From assembly GCF_001194135.2 (NCBI RefSeq), contig NC_068997.1:8796042-8828450 (forward strand): 32,409 bases of DNA. Reading direction: 5' to 3'. The stretch is from Octopus bimaculoides (lineage: Eukaryota). A model generated the notes under the pieces. The model did not search any database and had not been told where the DNA came from. It saw only the letters and a list, made by a program, of their open reading frames with translations. The position numbers and the translations under genes were made by a program. Below are positions 21,241-32,211 of this stretch, one piece after another (position 1 is the first letter of the stretch; every line of letters begins with the position of its first letter).

Positions 21241-22542
21241 AATATATCACTATATATGTCTGAACTCGTTAACTCCTACAGTCACATCATTTGGCATATA
21301 AACACCTTTCAGTGTTTCATACATATCCTCTCGTAATCAAATACCATCATCAGCATCATCATCATTTATCATATGTATTTGTATTAACACTGTGTTGATA
21401 CTAATTAGCATTGACACTGTATTGGCACTAATTAAATATATTTAATTAGTGTCAACTCTTGTATAAGTAGGTTAGCTCCGAATAATCAATTTTACAACTC
21501 TGCTCCTATACCAGGTTATAGTCATGTAGGGGTTCCTAATGTCTTTGGGGCTCGGCATTGACTCTGATTAAGGTTGGAGTGCACAGGATATATATATATA
21601 TATATATANNNNNNNNNNNNNNNNNNNNNNNNNNNNNNNNNNNNNNNNNNNNNNNNNNNNNNNNNNNNNNNNNNNNNNNNNNNNNNNNNNNNNNNNNNNN
21701 NNNNNNNNNNNNNNNNNNNNNNNNNNNNNNNNNNNNNNNNNNNNNNNNNNNNNNNNNNNNNNNNNNNNNNNNNNNNNNNNNNNNNNNNNNNNNNNNNNNN
21801 NNNNNNNNNNNNNNNNNNNNNNNNNNNNNNNNNNNNNNNNNNNNNNNNNNNNNNNNNNNNNNNNNNNNNNNNNNNNNNNNNNNNNNNNNNNNNNNNNNNN
21901 NNNNNNNNNNNNNNNNNNNNNNNNNNNNNNNNNNNNNNNNNNNNNNNNNNNNNNNNNNNNNNNNNNNNNNNNNNNNNNNNNNNNNNNNNNNNNNNNNNNN
22001 NNNNNNNNNNNNNNNNNNNNNNNNNNNNNNNNNNNNNNNNNNNNNNNNNNNNNNNNNNNNNNNNNNNNNNNNNNNNNNNNNNNNNNNNNNNNNNNNNNNN
22101 NNNNNNNNNNNNNNNNNNNNNNNNNNNNNNNNNNNNNNNNNNNNNNNNNNNNNNNNNNNNNNNNNNNNNNNNNNNNNNNNNNNNNNNNNNNNNNNNNNNN
22201 NNNNNNNNNNNNNNNNNNNNNNNNNNNNNNNNNNNNNNNNNNNNNNNNNNNNNNNNNNNNNNNNNNNNNNNNNNNNNNNNNNNNNNNNNNNNNNNNNNNN
22301 NNNNNNNNNNNNNNNNNNNNNNNNNNNNNNNNNNNNNNNNNNNNNNNNNNNNNAGTGGAAGAATCAATGTCGCGGAATGATCTTAACAATGAACTTCACT
22401 GAAAAGTTATAAATAGAATTCTAGAAATTCTAATCAAGATAAACTCACTCTCCTCATTTTCTGTTTCTAAGTTAAATTGGAATTTTACCAAAATATCTAC
22501 ATATTACCATATTTGATGGCATAAAAGATGCATGGGTATATT

Positions 22543-22830
22543 AGGTCAGGTCAGGTCAGGTCAGGTACAGAAGCATACACTGTACTGTACATCACTGCAT
22601 CCACGGTTTGTTGGTGATTCCCTAGCGTTCCCTTTGCACCCCTTAAGTGACAACCCTCCAACTCATGGGTCTGTTTGGGGTCGTTGTTACTGGTGAGAGT
22701 TTTACGAGGTCAAAGTGCAAATCCTACCTCAACTTCTTTTAGTTGCCTTTTACAACACTCAGACGAAATGCTGGATCTATTCTTTGGCATGCCAGTCCCT
22801 ACAAAGCTATGGCATATTAGATGCAACCCA
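22543..22830 (-). mobile_element. Probable retroelement 3' end with a (TGACC)n tail
   Basis: (AGGTC)4 at 22543-22562, followed by cttttagttgccttttacaacac...gctggatctattct, which resembles reversed RTE-type 3' UTRs. Confidence 0.45.
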
Positions 22831-23587
22831 ATTTCAGCATATTCAGGAATAGAGTTTTTAACACGTTAAAGCTTATGTGAGGCCCAACTTCTCATAAATG
22901 GCTTGAGCTGATTTTTGTTTTCTTTCTTTTATAAACATTTATCAAGAGGGGGAAAAAAAAAGAAATTGTATCTTATATACCATCAACTATGGCAAGTTTT
23001 TGCTTTCTTTCTGGCCATAAAGAAAAGCTTAGTTTCAGCACCACAGTTTCAATCAAAATCACTTGAAACTGGGAGCTGAGGACGGACAGAGGAGATGAGT
23101 GAAATTCTGCTTTAATCTCTAGAAGTGGTTCTTTTCTAGTTGTGTCATATGAACATTACTAATGCTTGTACTAGCTATATTTCAGCCTAAGCATTTCTCT
23201 TAGGGATTTTTTTTTTTTTTTTTATGCATGATTAGTAAAAACTAATTCAGGTGATCAATGGAATTGTCTGTTTTTAGGCAGCTTTTTTTTTTGCTTCTGA
23301 GTGTTATTTACAGAAATTTTACTCCAGCTTTTCCTAATCCCACTCTAATATTTCGTTGAAATTATTACAAAAATAGATTGTAAAATCAATGCTAAAACCT
23401 TTTCATATTGATTTTAACCCTTTGGAAATGCAGATAAAAGCGTAGTTAAGCTGCAACTAACTTCAAATAGCTTAATGTTAGTTATAATGTTCGACTAACT
23501 TCAGTTGAGTATCAAAAAGAGAAATGTCCAACACAATGATGGGATCTATTTAATAATGTTTTACTTAACATTGTTATGAGTTTTAAT

Positions 23588-23802
23588 GGAGGCAGGAAGC
23601 TGGCAGAGTTGTTATGGTACCAGGCTAAATGCTTAGCAACATTCCATTTGTCTTTATTACCGAGTTCAAATTCTGCTGTGGTCGACTTTGCCTTTCATCC
23701 TTTCAAAATCGATAAAACAAGAACCAGTTGAGGTCTTGGGTCGATCGAATCAACTTACCCCTGCTCCTGAACTTGCTGGTCTTGTACTAAAACTTGAAAC
23801 CA
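23588..23802 (+). mobile_element. Family A SINE
   Basis: gaagctggcagagttg...gagttcaaattctgctgtggtcgactttgcctttcatcc... Confidence 0.78.
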
Positions 23803-24284
23803 CCACATTCTATCTAGAACTGCATTAACCAATGTATTCCTCGTCTTTTTTTTTTTTTTTGCAAAATAGTAGCACATCATTTTAGGGAGATTTAACTGCT
23901 GTTTCTAGCAAGCCGAATGATCACACAGAGGCTCCATCAAGATGGTATCACATCATGTCAGACATTTGTTTCTTCATAGTTAACATGGTGGGTTACATAC
24001 TTAAATACCAGACTAAGAACCAGACTGTTACAGTCTTGAGTTTATTTTAGTCTCTGGCCCACTCGCGCCACCCAGCTCCTTGATTGTTTTATTTAGGTAG
24101 GGACATGTTATAAACTCACCATCCATACACAGAATGTGATGATGCTTTGACACTCTGCAGTTTATGGTGTCACTGATGATGCTTATGATGATGATGAGGA
24201 GGAGGAAGCCTGATCTGTTGGTGTTGCTGAATGTTGCAGCCATTCAAGCTACAGAACCATCCACGCATCATATCATTGTTACTC

Positions 24285-24655
24285 AGGCATCACTGTGTAG
24301 TTAAGAAGCTTGCTTTGCTATCATGTTGCTGCAAGTTCAGTCCCACCGCAAGGCACTTTGGACAAGTGTCTTCTACAATAGCCCCAGGTTGACCAATGCC
24401 TTATGAGCAAACTTGCTTGATGGACACTGTGTGGAAGCCCATGATATATGGGTGTGTATTTCTCCCTGTCCCTTGAACTACCATTTGACACCTGGTGTTA
24501 ATTTCTTTATGCCCCTATAACTTAGTGGTATGTCAAAAAGAGACTGATAAAATAGTTGCCAAACTTTAAAAAAATTAGTACTGGGGTCAATTTGTTTTGA
24601 TTAAATCCTTCAAGGTGGTGCCCCAGCATGGCCACAGTCCAATGACTGACACCAA
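24285..24655 (+). mobile_element. Family B SINE
   Basis: ctgtgtagttaagaagcttgc...ggcactttggacaagtgtcttctac...ccccagcatggccacagtcc. Confidence 0.75.
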
Positions 24656-25432
24656 GTTGTATTGGTAGGTCAGTTTCCCAGCAAACTCAGCATAAACCCG
24701 GTTGCAAGACAAATGCTGGGGGCCTTTTGAATTATAATACATAATTTATTACAATACATAATTTATTACAATACGTGTGTGGACCCTGCTTTATGAGGGA
24801 AATGAGTTCCCTTTAAACATCAGTTCATTTTCAATGCTATAATCACATGTTACAACAGACTGGAGATTTGCATTAACAATTAATCAGTAACCTTAATTGA
24901 GCCATATTAAACTAAACTACATCTAATGCTTAAAACAAAATAACTCCGAATGACACGATTTCATCTAACTTCACCTTACTTGGAGGAATTTCAATATCCA
25001 GTTGTTTGTTTGTAGTAGCATCATAATTTGGTTGGAATTATCCACTGTTGTTTGTGTCGCTTACATATATATTTATATATTTATTTTCCTTAAATTTAAT
25101 CTTTGTTTCCATTGTCATCTTATATAATATAATTGAGAAATAATGATATTGTTTATCAATATGATCATTTGTTTGGTGTTACATTGGAGTGTGTGATCTA
25201 CATAAAGTAAGATGAAATATGGATGATGCTTCAGGTATTATAGGGAAAGGGGGTAGAGTTGCTGTCAGAGCTTTTGATATCTAATGTTTCTGGTTGTTGA
25301 TTATTTCCTCCGCCTTCTACTCCTCCCTCTCCCTCTTTGACTGTTTTGAATTAAATGTTTTTAGGAGGGTTTTTTTGTTTTTTGTTTTTTGTTATTTCTA
25401 AACATTTATTTTTTGTCCTTGTCTGCATCCAG

Positions 25433-25548
25433 CCATTGAACGGAAACAAATGAAAGAACAAGAAAAGCAGGTTAAACAACAGGAAAAGCTAAAACGTCAA
25501 GAACAACTGCGAATGGAACGAGAAATTCGGGCTCAACAAGTCTTGGAG
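25433..25548 (+). CDS. BAZ2B: BAZ2 coding exon H (1/0): AIERKQMKEQEKQVKQQEKLKRQEQLRMEREIRAQQVLE
   Basis: Acceptor gcatccag|CC, donor GAG|gtaagt. Joins exon G in frame (G+CC=Ala) across a ~12.5 kb intron. Not in the ORF track. Confidence 0.93.
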
Positions 25549-25841
25549 GTAAGTCGATGCATCATATTCCTCTTTTGAAACATTGTTCATGTTTGGTAAG
25601 TTTTTTGTTTGTTTTGTTTTTAAAACCTTTGTTCTGTATACTAATTCTAGCAATCAGTACCAATTATATGTATGATAATCCATATAAATTGTATATTACT
25701 TATTGTTAAAATATACTATTTAGCTGCTTGCTATACTATAAAAAAAAAACAATTAAGCTGCTTAATGTGGAACAAAAGATTTCATAATTGCTAATTAGTC
25801 TGGGTGTCAATAACTCTTAATATAATTCCTGTATCAGTAGT

Positions 25842-26230
25842 GATCATCATCATCATTATCATAATTTTGTGCTGGCTTTCCATATTGATATGAGCTGGAC
25901 AAGGTATCTCAGTAGGAGCCATTTCTTATTCAAAGATGACTCTACCCTCCTAAATGGATTGGAGGACCATGTTTCACCTGTATGTTCCATTTGCAGCATG
26001 GTTGCTGCATAAAGTGGTTGTTGCCCTTCTCAACAACAATCATTCTAAGGAGGGTTCTGGGTGCATTTCATCCTGTTACCTGCACTAGACAGGTTGTCAT
26101 GTCCTCAGTAAGGCTAAAAAAATCCTCTTTAGTCTCCACTTATTCACCAACCGCATTACAGTGTGATGTATTTTACTGTCACACCAGCACTAGTGAGGTT
26201 GCCTTGTACACTGCAAGACTTAAAGAGGTG
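25842..26230 (-). mobile_element. Old RTE-tailed repeat; related fragment at ~6520-6610
   Basis: Starts with (CAT)n; shares caccagcactag and the flanking context with ~6520-6610. Confidence 0.45.
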
Positions 26231-26618
26231 TCCTCTCTTCTCTTAGGTATCTCCATTTGCTCAAGGCAAGATGGTCAAAGTACAGTTGGAGAAACAAAGT
26301 GATTGGAGTGAGAAGAGGAAGTGTCATAAAATTTTTGCATAATTACAATTAAGGCTAATTAAATACAATTTTACTAATTTAAACATCTTTTTCTTTCTTT
26401 ATTCAAAATCAAAATAATACTTAAGTACCTCTGTGATTGGTGATGGTGATTGAGATCAATATCATCAAAGATTTTGCTACTAACTGAATAAATGGGGTCC
26501 AAAGGAAATGCATTTTATTGCTGCTGGAATCTAACACATTACAAATTCTCATTAAATGCTTAATTATTACTCTTTTTCAATTTGTTGATTAATTTCTGAA
26601 ATTATCTACATGATTATT

Positions 26619-26880
26619 GGTGCCAGCATGGCTGTGTGGCTAACAAGTTGGCTTCCGAACCACATGGTTTTGGGTTCTGTCCCACTGCACGGCACCTTGG
26701 GTAAGTGTCTTCAGCTATAGTTCCCAATTGATCAAAGCATTGTAAGTAGATTTGATAGGTGGAAACTGAAAAGAATCTCTTCATATATTTGTGTCTCTTT
26801 TTCTTGCCATCATGTAATTGTTGTAAATGAATGTCATTCATTTCCAATATTCTTTGGAAATGTGTTTGGTACAATTCTAT
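26619..26880 (+). mobile_element. Family B SINE with a remnant of the B2 tail
   Basis: ggtgccagcatggctgtgtggc...ggcaccttgggtaagtgtctt...tcatttccaatattct. Confidence 0.75.
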
Positions 26881-26901
26881 ATCTAAGAGATGAGGAATTA
26901 T

Positions 26902-27349
26902 GTACATTATTTACATTATTTACATTTGACAGATATTTGTCCTCATCTTGTTTGTTGTTAACACGTTTCGGCTGATATACTCTCCAGCCTTCATCAGGTG
27001 TCTTGGGGAAATTTCGAACCTAGGTTCTCATTCCTAAAGTACTTTTCAATGTTATTATTATTATTATTCAGGTCACTACCTGGAATCGAACTCAGAATCT
27101 TGGGATTAGTAGCCCGTGCTCTTAACCACTACGCCATATGCCCGTGGGCATATGGCTTAGTGGTTAAGAGCACGGACTACTAACCCCAAGATTCCGAGTT
27201 TGATTCCAAGCAGTGACATGAATAATAATAATAACATTGAAAAATACCTTAGGAATGAGAACCCAGGTTCGAAATTTCCCCAAGACACCTGACAAAGGCT
27301 GAAGGGTATATCAGCCAAAACGTGTTAATAACAAACAAGATGAGGACAA
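26902..27349. repeat. Long palindrome made of two head-to-head tRNA-Arg-like SINEs (arms 26937-27143 and 27146-27349, 2 nt spacer)
   Basis: Centre is gccatatgccc-gt-gggcatatggc. Each arm has an A box (tggcttagtgg), a B box (gagtttgattcc / gagttcgattcc), (AAT)n, then a tail with CTGATGA...GAAAC. Confidence 0.92.
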
Positions 27350-27379
27350 CTATTACCTTGCTTTCATTTCCTTTCATCT

Positions 27380-27752
27380 TAATATCCACCTTTCCATGCT
27401 TGCATGGGTCAAAGATGTCTTTCCTGTTTCCAACCTTTACCTGTTTGCAAATGCGGTAATATTTCCCCACAACAAGACATCTCAGAAGATTGGAAATGAA
27501 GGGTGCCACTTGTATGACAGCGACACTCGCTTACAACTATATCATATGTTGTCAAGGCAAGGAGACAGTAAAATACACACACACACACACACACACACTC
27601 AGAATGGGCTTCTTTCAGTTTCCATCTACCAAGTCAACTCACAAGGCTTTGGTCAGCCTGTGGCTATAGTTGAAGGCACTTGCCTGACGACGTAGGACTG
27701 AACCTAAAACCATGTATTTTGAAAGCAAACTCCTTACCACTGAACCACACCT
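27380..27752 (-). mobile_element. Family B SINE with B2 tail
   Basis: Reverse complement of the 18706-19118 arrangement. Confidence 0.72.
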
Positions 27753-27754
27753 GT

Positions 27755-27932
27755 TCCTTTATTTCAGTTAATTTTTGAAATGATGAGTAATTTAGGAAAA
27801 CCAACTTTATCGTTCTCGCGCTAATGTTTGAAACGTAGATTAACATGAAATTTTTATGGAAGGTTTTAATTTGGATAACTTTAAAACAGGAACTAGTAAT
27901 GACAGCTTCAGGTGGGTTAGTACCAAAAGATT
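27755..27932 (+). mobile_element. MITE-like family G copy
   Basis: tttatttcagttaattttt...ggaaggttttaattt...caggtgggttagtaccaaaagattcaa. Confidence 0.6.
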
Positions 27933-28338
27933 CAAGTTCTTCTAATCTTCTTGAAGCCGTGTTGTTGTAAAATAAATTTTTAAAATTGCTTTTGATTGGT
28001 TCCATAACTTTCAGAGTAAACATGGCTCTGTACATGCTCTTGAAGTTCCTTTGAATGGTAGTTTTCATTTAAATATGTTTATTGTTTGAACTGTGTTTAC
28101 TTTACATATATTTCTAGCTGTTGATGTTTAATTTAAAACTTCTGTTAATTATCAACTTCTTACCCTTCCAGTCCAATCTGTTTTGGTATCACCTGGAACG
28201 AGTAAGTCGCTGCATGAATATTTCAAAATGCGAATGTATTTGAAACTGTGTACTCTGATAGACATTATCAAAGTACATTTTTTTAATATAAATTGTAGTG
28301 TACAGGCTGTAGTTTTATATGTAGAGATTTGCTTGCTA

Positions 28339-28380
<42 letters not shown>

Positions 28381-28448
28381 GCCTTTGCTAACATGGACTC
28401 TAACTTGGTTTCTTTACTTTATACCCCTTCTCCCTTCTTTTTTTTTAT

Positions 28449-28485
<37 letters not shown>

Positions 28486-28829
28486 CTATGGTATTTTTGA
28501 AGATTTTGTTCTTGCTTTTTATTTATTGTTGTTCATTTTATTGTTTGTTTGTTTGTTTGTTTGTTTTTTCTCTTTTTTTTTCTTGGTTAATTTGGATTTG
28601 TGACTTTCTCATCACATGATGTATCTTGCTGCAAGGGGGAAAAAATAGTAATAATAATAATGTTAGTCTTTTAAGAGTAAACATAATTTTGTTGTCATGC
28701 TTATAGCTTAAAGCTATGAAAAAGTTTGGTCCACAGGGAGTAAACATATAACCCTCTCATAATACTTTATAAGTTGAAAAACATCAACCTACTAACCAAA
28801 TGAGGTAATAATAATAATAGTAATAATAA

Positions 28830-29040
28830 TATTTCGAGGCTTGAAATTTTGAGGGAGGGGTTTAGTCAATTACATCGATCGCCAGTGCTCAGCTTGAACT
28901 TATTTTATTGCACCCACCCATCCCAATAGGATCAAAAGCAAGGTCAACCACAGCGGTGTTTTGTACTCCGAATGTAAAGAGCTGGAAGATGTGCCACCGA
29001 GCATTCTGTCCAGCACAGTAACAATTCTGCCAGTTCATTG
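28830..29040 (-). mobile_element. Family A SINE
   Basis: gaaattttgagggagggg...tcgatcgccagtgctcagc...attctgccagttc; (AAT)n on both sides. Confidence 0.72.
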
Positions 29041-29050
29041 CTATAATAAT

Positions 29051-29055
<5 letters not shown>

Positions 29056-29081
<26 letters not shown>

Positions 29082-29378
29082 GTCATTTAACGTCCGCTTT
29101 CCATGCTAGCATGGGTTGGATGATTTAACTGAGGACTGGTGAAACCAGATGGCTACACCAGGCTCCAATCTAATTTGGCAGAGTTTCTACAGCTGGATGC
29201 CCTTCCTAACGCCAACCACTCTGAGAGTGTAGTGGGTGCTTTTACGTGCCACCGGCACGAAGGCCAGTCAGGCGGTATTGGCAACAGCCATGCTCAAAAT
29301 GGTGTATTTTACATGCCACCCGCACAAGAGCCAGTCCAGGGGCACTGGCAATGATCTCGCTCAAAAGTCCTTACACAT
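29056..29378 (-). mobile_element. Family C repeat
   Basis: Near-identical to 3094-3370 and 17813-18060; the source of the recurring MKPDGYTRLQS ORFs. Confidence 0.85.
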
Positions 29379-31724
29379 AATAATAATAATAATAATAATA
29401 ATAGAATCTGTGTGAAATGAAGAAAGGAGACTGTCCTCGTTATAAACAAACAAGAGAAAAAATATGTCTGTCAATTTCTAGGACATCATCTGTCGATACA
29501 TAGGATGTATTGTTAGAACCAGCTCAGCTTCCACATGGCTGTAGACATGAAATACATTCACACACAAACACACACACACGTGCACAAAATCTCAACTGGA
29601 TGCACTTAGAACACAGGAAGTTGAGTTTAGTGTTTGACTGTGACTCTAAGGTGTGGAAATAAGCTGTAGATTTTATTACTGTTTGTCATGGTGTTGTGCC
29701 CCACAAAAAAGAACAAGGCACTCTTCTCTGACTGCTGTAATTTGATTGATTAACCAAAGGAAAATGCTTTTGTTCCTAATTTATGATTAAGTTTTGTTAG
29801 CAGTTAGAGAAGGCATCTAACTGTAACAAATATCCATTGCTCCAGCAAGTAAACTACTTCATTAGTGATAGTATGCTTTAACCAAAAAATAATAAATAAA
29901 TAAAAAAAAAGAATCATTTAAAAAACATTCATAAAATAGGATATAAGTTTATATGTGTGTCAAATTTTACAAATAATAATTAAAATTTCTAACTTAATTG
30001 TTTTTGATAAGAGCTCCCACTGGTTTTTTCGTCTTTTTCTCCTTTCTTAATCAAACTTCTTTTACATCCATACACACACAGTTCCATGCTCTCTCCCCCC
30101 CCTCCCTCCTGCTCTCTGTATCTCTCTCTCTGTCTCAAAATAGGGATTCAATAACTAGACTGCCAATGAAATAACAACAAATGTCCAGTAGGTTTTGTTG
30201 TTGATGCTTATGGCTTTCTTCGAAAGAGGCCAGGCAATACCTATGACTTTTTTTTCCAGAAGTCATTAAGACTGATGACAATAAAAGGGGACCAGCAAGC
30301 CATGATTAACAAATTGTCCTCTAGTCAAAACTAGGTGTGGACTCTGCAGAAGCCCCCCCCCCCCGAATCCCAAGTGATGACGCTAAACTTTGCAGTTGAT
30401 TAAATCCTATAAACATAGACATATCTAATTAGTAATGGATGGGGTTATCTTCTAACTCTGATTAGAAAAGCGATAATTGTTAGGATACAAAACTTCTCAA
30501 GAACTCATAAGTTCTCTTGCGACTGTCATTTAGTTTTCTTACTTCTGGTTTTGAAAATACTTTGGCCAGTGTTCATTTCATAAGAATTTAGAATCTTCAA
30601 AAGACATGAAATAAATCGTCTTTAATGGTGGCACTTGAAGTAGATACAGCTGTAAATAATAGCGTATAGAATATTGGATTAGGGAAAAACCCTTGGATGT
30701 GCATCTGTCATGTTTACAGATGTGGGTTCAAGCCCCACAAACAGCCTTCAATTTTTTTATATCCAAAGGGTTTTTTTTTTATCCATCCCTGTATTTACAC
30801 ATTTATAGCTTTATCTGCTTCAAGTTTCACAAGACAAATTTTTACAGCCTCTCCTGGCATACAACATTACTTCCTAAACATACAAAGAATCTGAATTCAC
30901 AGATTTTAAAGGTTTTTGTTTGATGATGCTTATTGGACCCTTCTGATTATGGTAGTCTTTGAAGTGTTGACGTAAAGACCAATGTCTTATACATATCTTA
31001 CAGCATAATTGCTAATTATTTTATCATCTGCCACCCCTCCTCATCTTGCCCCAGGAGGAGGAGGATAAATAATAAAAATCAGAACTTTTTTTTTTTCTCA
31101 TTTTGTGTTGAGATTTTTTTTTTATAAGTCAATTTGTTAATTGGACACAGGCGGTAGTTTAAATTGATTACAAATTAGCAGTTTACTAATTAATTAAAGG
31201 AATAAAATAAAGGAAAGGCTTCCAGATAGGATAAACTAACTAATCTAAAATTACTGTGGATAGTTTTACTTTTCTNNNNNNNNNNNNNNNNNNNNNNNNN
31301 NNNNNNNNNNNNNNNNNNNNNNNNNNNNNNNNNNNNNNNNNNNNNNNNNNNNNNNNNNNNNNNNNNNNNNNNNNNNNNNNNNNNNNNNNNNNNNNNNNNN
31401 NNNNNNNNNNNNNNNNNNNNNNNNNNNNNNNNNNNNNNNNNNNNNNNNNNNNNNNNNNNNNNNNNNNNNNNNNNNNNNNNNNNNNNNNNNNNNNNNNNNN
31501 NNNNNNNNNNNNNNNNNNNNNNNNNNNNNNNNNNNNNNNNNNNNNNNNNNNNNNNNNNNNNNNNNNNNNNNNNNNNNNNNNNNNNNNNNNNNNNNNNNNN
31601 NNNNNNNNNNNNNNNNNNNNNNNNNNNNNNNNNNNNNNNNNNNNNNNNNNNNNNNNNNNNNNNNNNNNNNNNNNNNNNNNNNNNNNNNNNNNNNNNNNNN
31701 NNNNNNNNNNNNNNNNNNNNNNNN

Positions 31725-31757
<33 letters not shown>

Positions 31758-31882
31758 AGAGAGAGGGAGGATGTGTGGTCCTTATGCTGTTGCTTGACCA
31801 GCTAGAAAAAATGTCAACACTCCCTCATTTACACCCTATTGTCTTACAAGAAAAAAGAGTGTTGGTCATGGGTGGAATGCCT

Positions 31883-32108
31883 TAAACATTTAGTATTTAA
31901 ACCAGTCATATGTGGCCCAAATATTCTACCTGCTTTATGTTCAAACTGGCCAGATCCAGCTTCTCACACCTATCCTACAATGTCATTCTAAAAATAGACA
32001 ATAGCATCATCGAAATCTCAAAGCTACAAGACAGTACATGATTACTTCAAAATAATATGAATAAAGAAGCTTTACATTTGGTAGAGTAATATGAATGTTG
32101 AAGGGTCA
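31883..32108 (-). mobile_element. MITE-like family E copy
   Basis: ttaaacatttagtattt...ttatgttcaaactggccagatcc...gagtaatatgaatgttgaagggtca. Confidence 0.72.
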
Positions 32109-32211
32109 CATGACAGGCTTGTTTGTCCAGGACTAACTTAAAGCTAAACATCAACAACAATCTCATTGTATTTATTTTCATCAGTCTGTGTCTTCAGTTC
32201 AAAACATACGA

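Larger units (their letters stand above)
2818..25548 (+). other. BAZ2B: Partial gene model: BAZ2A/B (TIP5/toutatis) orthologue, 8 visible coding exons, 5' and 3' ends outside the window
   Basis: All exons have AG/GT boundaries. Phases chain correctly A(0)-B(0)-C(1)-D(1)-E(0)-F and G(1)-H. The translated TAM/MBD domain and coiled coil match vertebrate BAZ2B as I recall it (KRRRVTDERELRIPLEYGWQRETR...APCGKKLR...YL...NFSFS; KQQEKIKRIQQIRMEKELRAQQILE). Confidence 0.93.

Noticed and set aside
24161-24213. Possible alternative terminal exon (ctgcag|..VYGVTDDAYDDDEEEEA*) in phase with exon G
   Set aside because: The acidic peptide comes from a (GAT)/(GAG) microsatellite, the polypyrimidine tract is weak, and there is no supporting homology.
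24028-24243. Minus-strand ORF with KHHHILCMDGEF, faintly like a LINE endonuclease GDFN motif
   Set aside because: The similarity is too weak to support by eye; an HMM search would be needed.
27146-27218. tRNA gene (Arg/Ser-like, apparent anticodon ACT)
   Set aside because: The acceptor stem does not close and the sequence continues into a SINE body; it is a tRNA-derived head, not a functional tRNA.
30260-30340. Strong acceptor (ttttttttccag) with a short phase-0 reading frame after exon H
   Set aside because: The frame ends in TAG and does not resemble the expected KKKEE...EKRIKEKE continuation.
30374-30461. C/D-box snoRNA-like spacing (GTGATGA...CTGA)
   Set aside because: There is no convincing terminal stem or rRNA guide that I can recognise, and TGATGA is very common in this genome.
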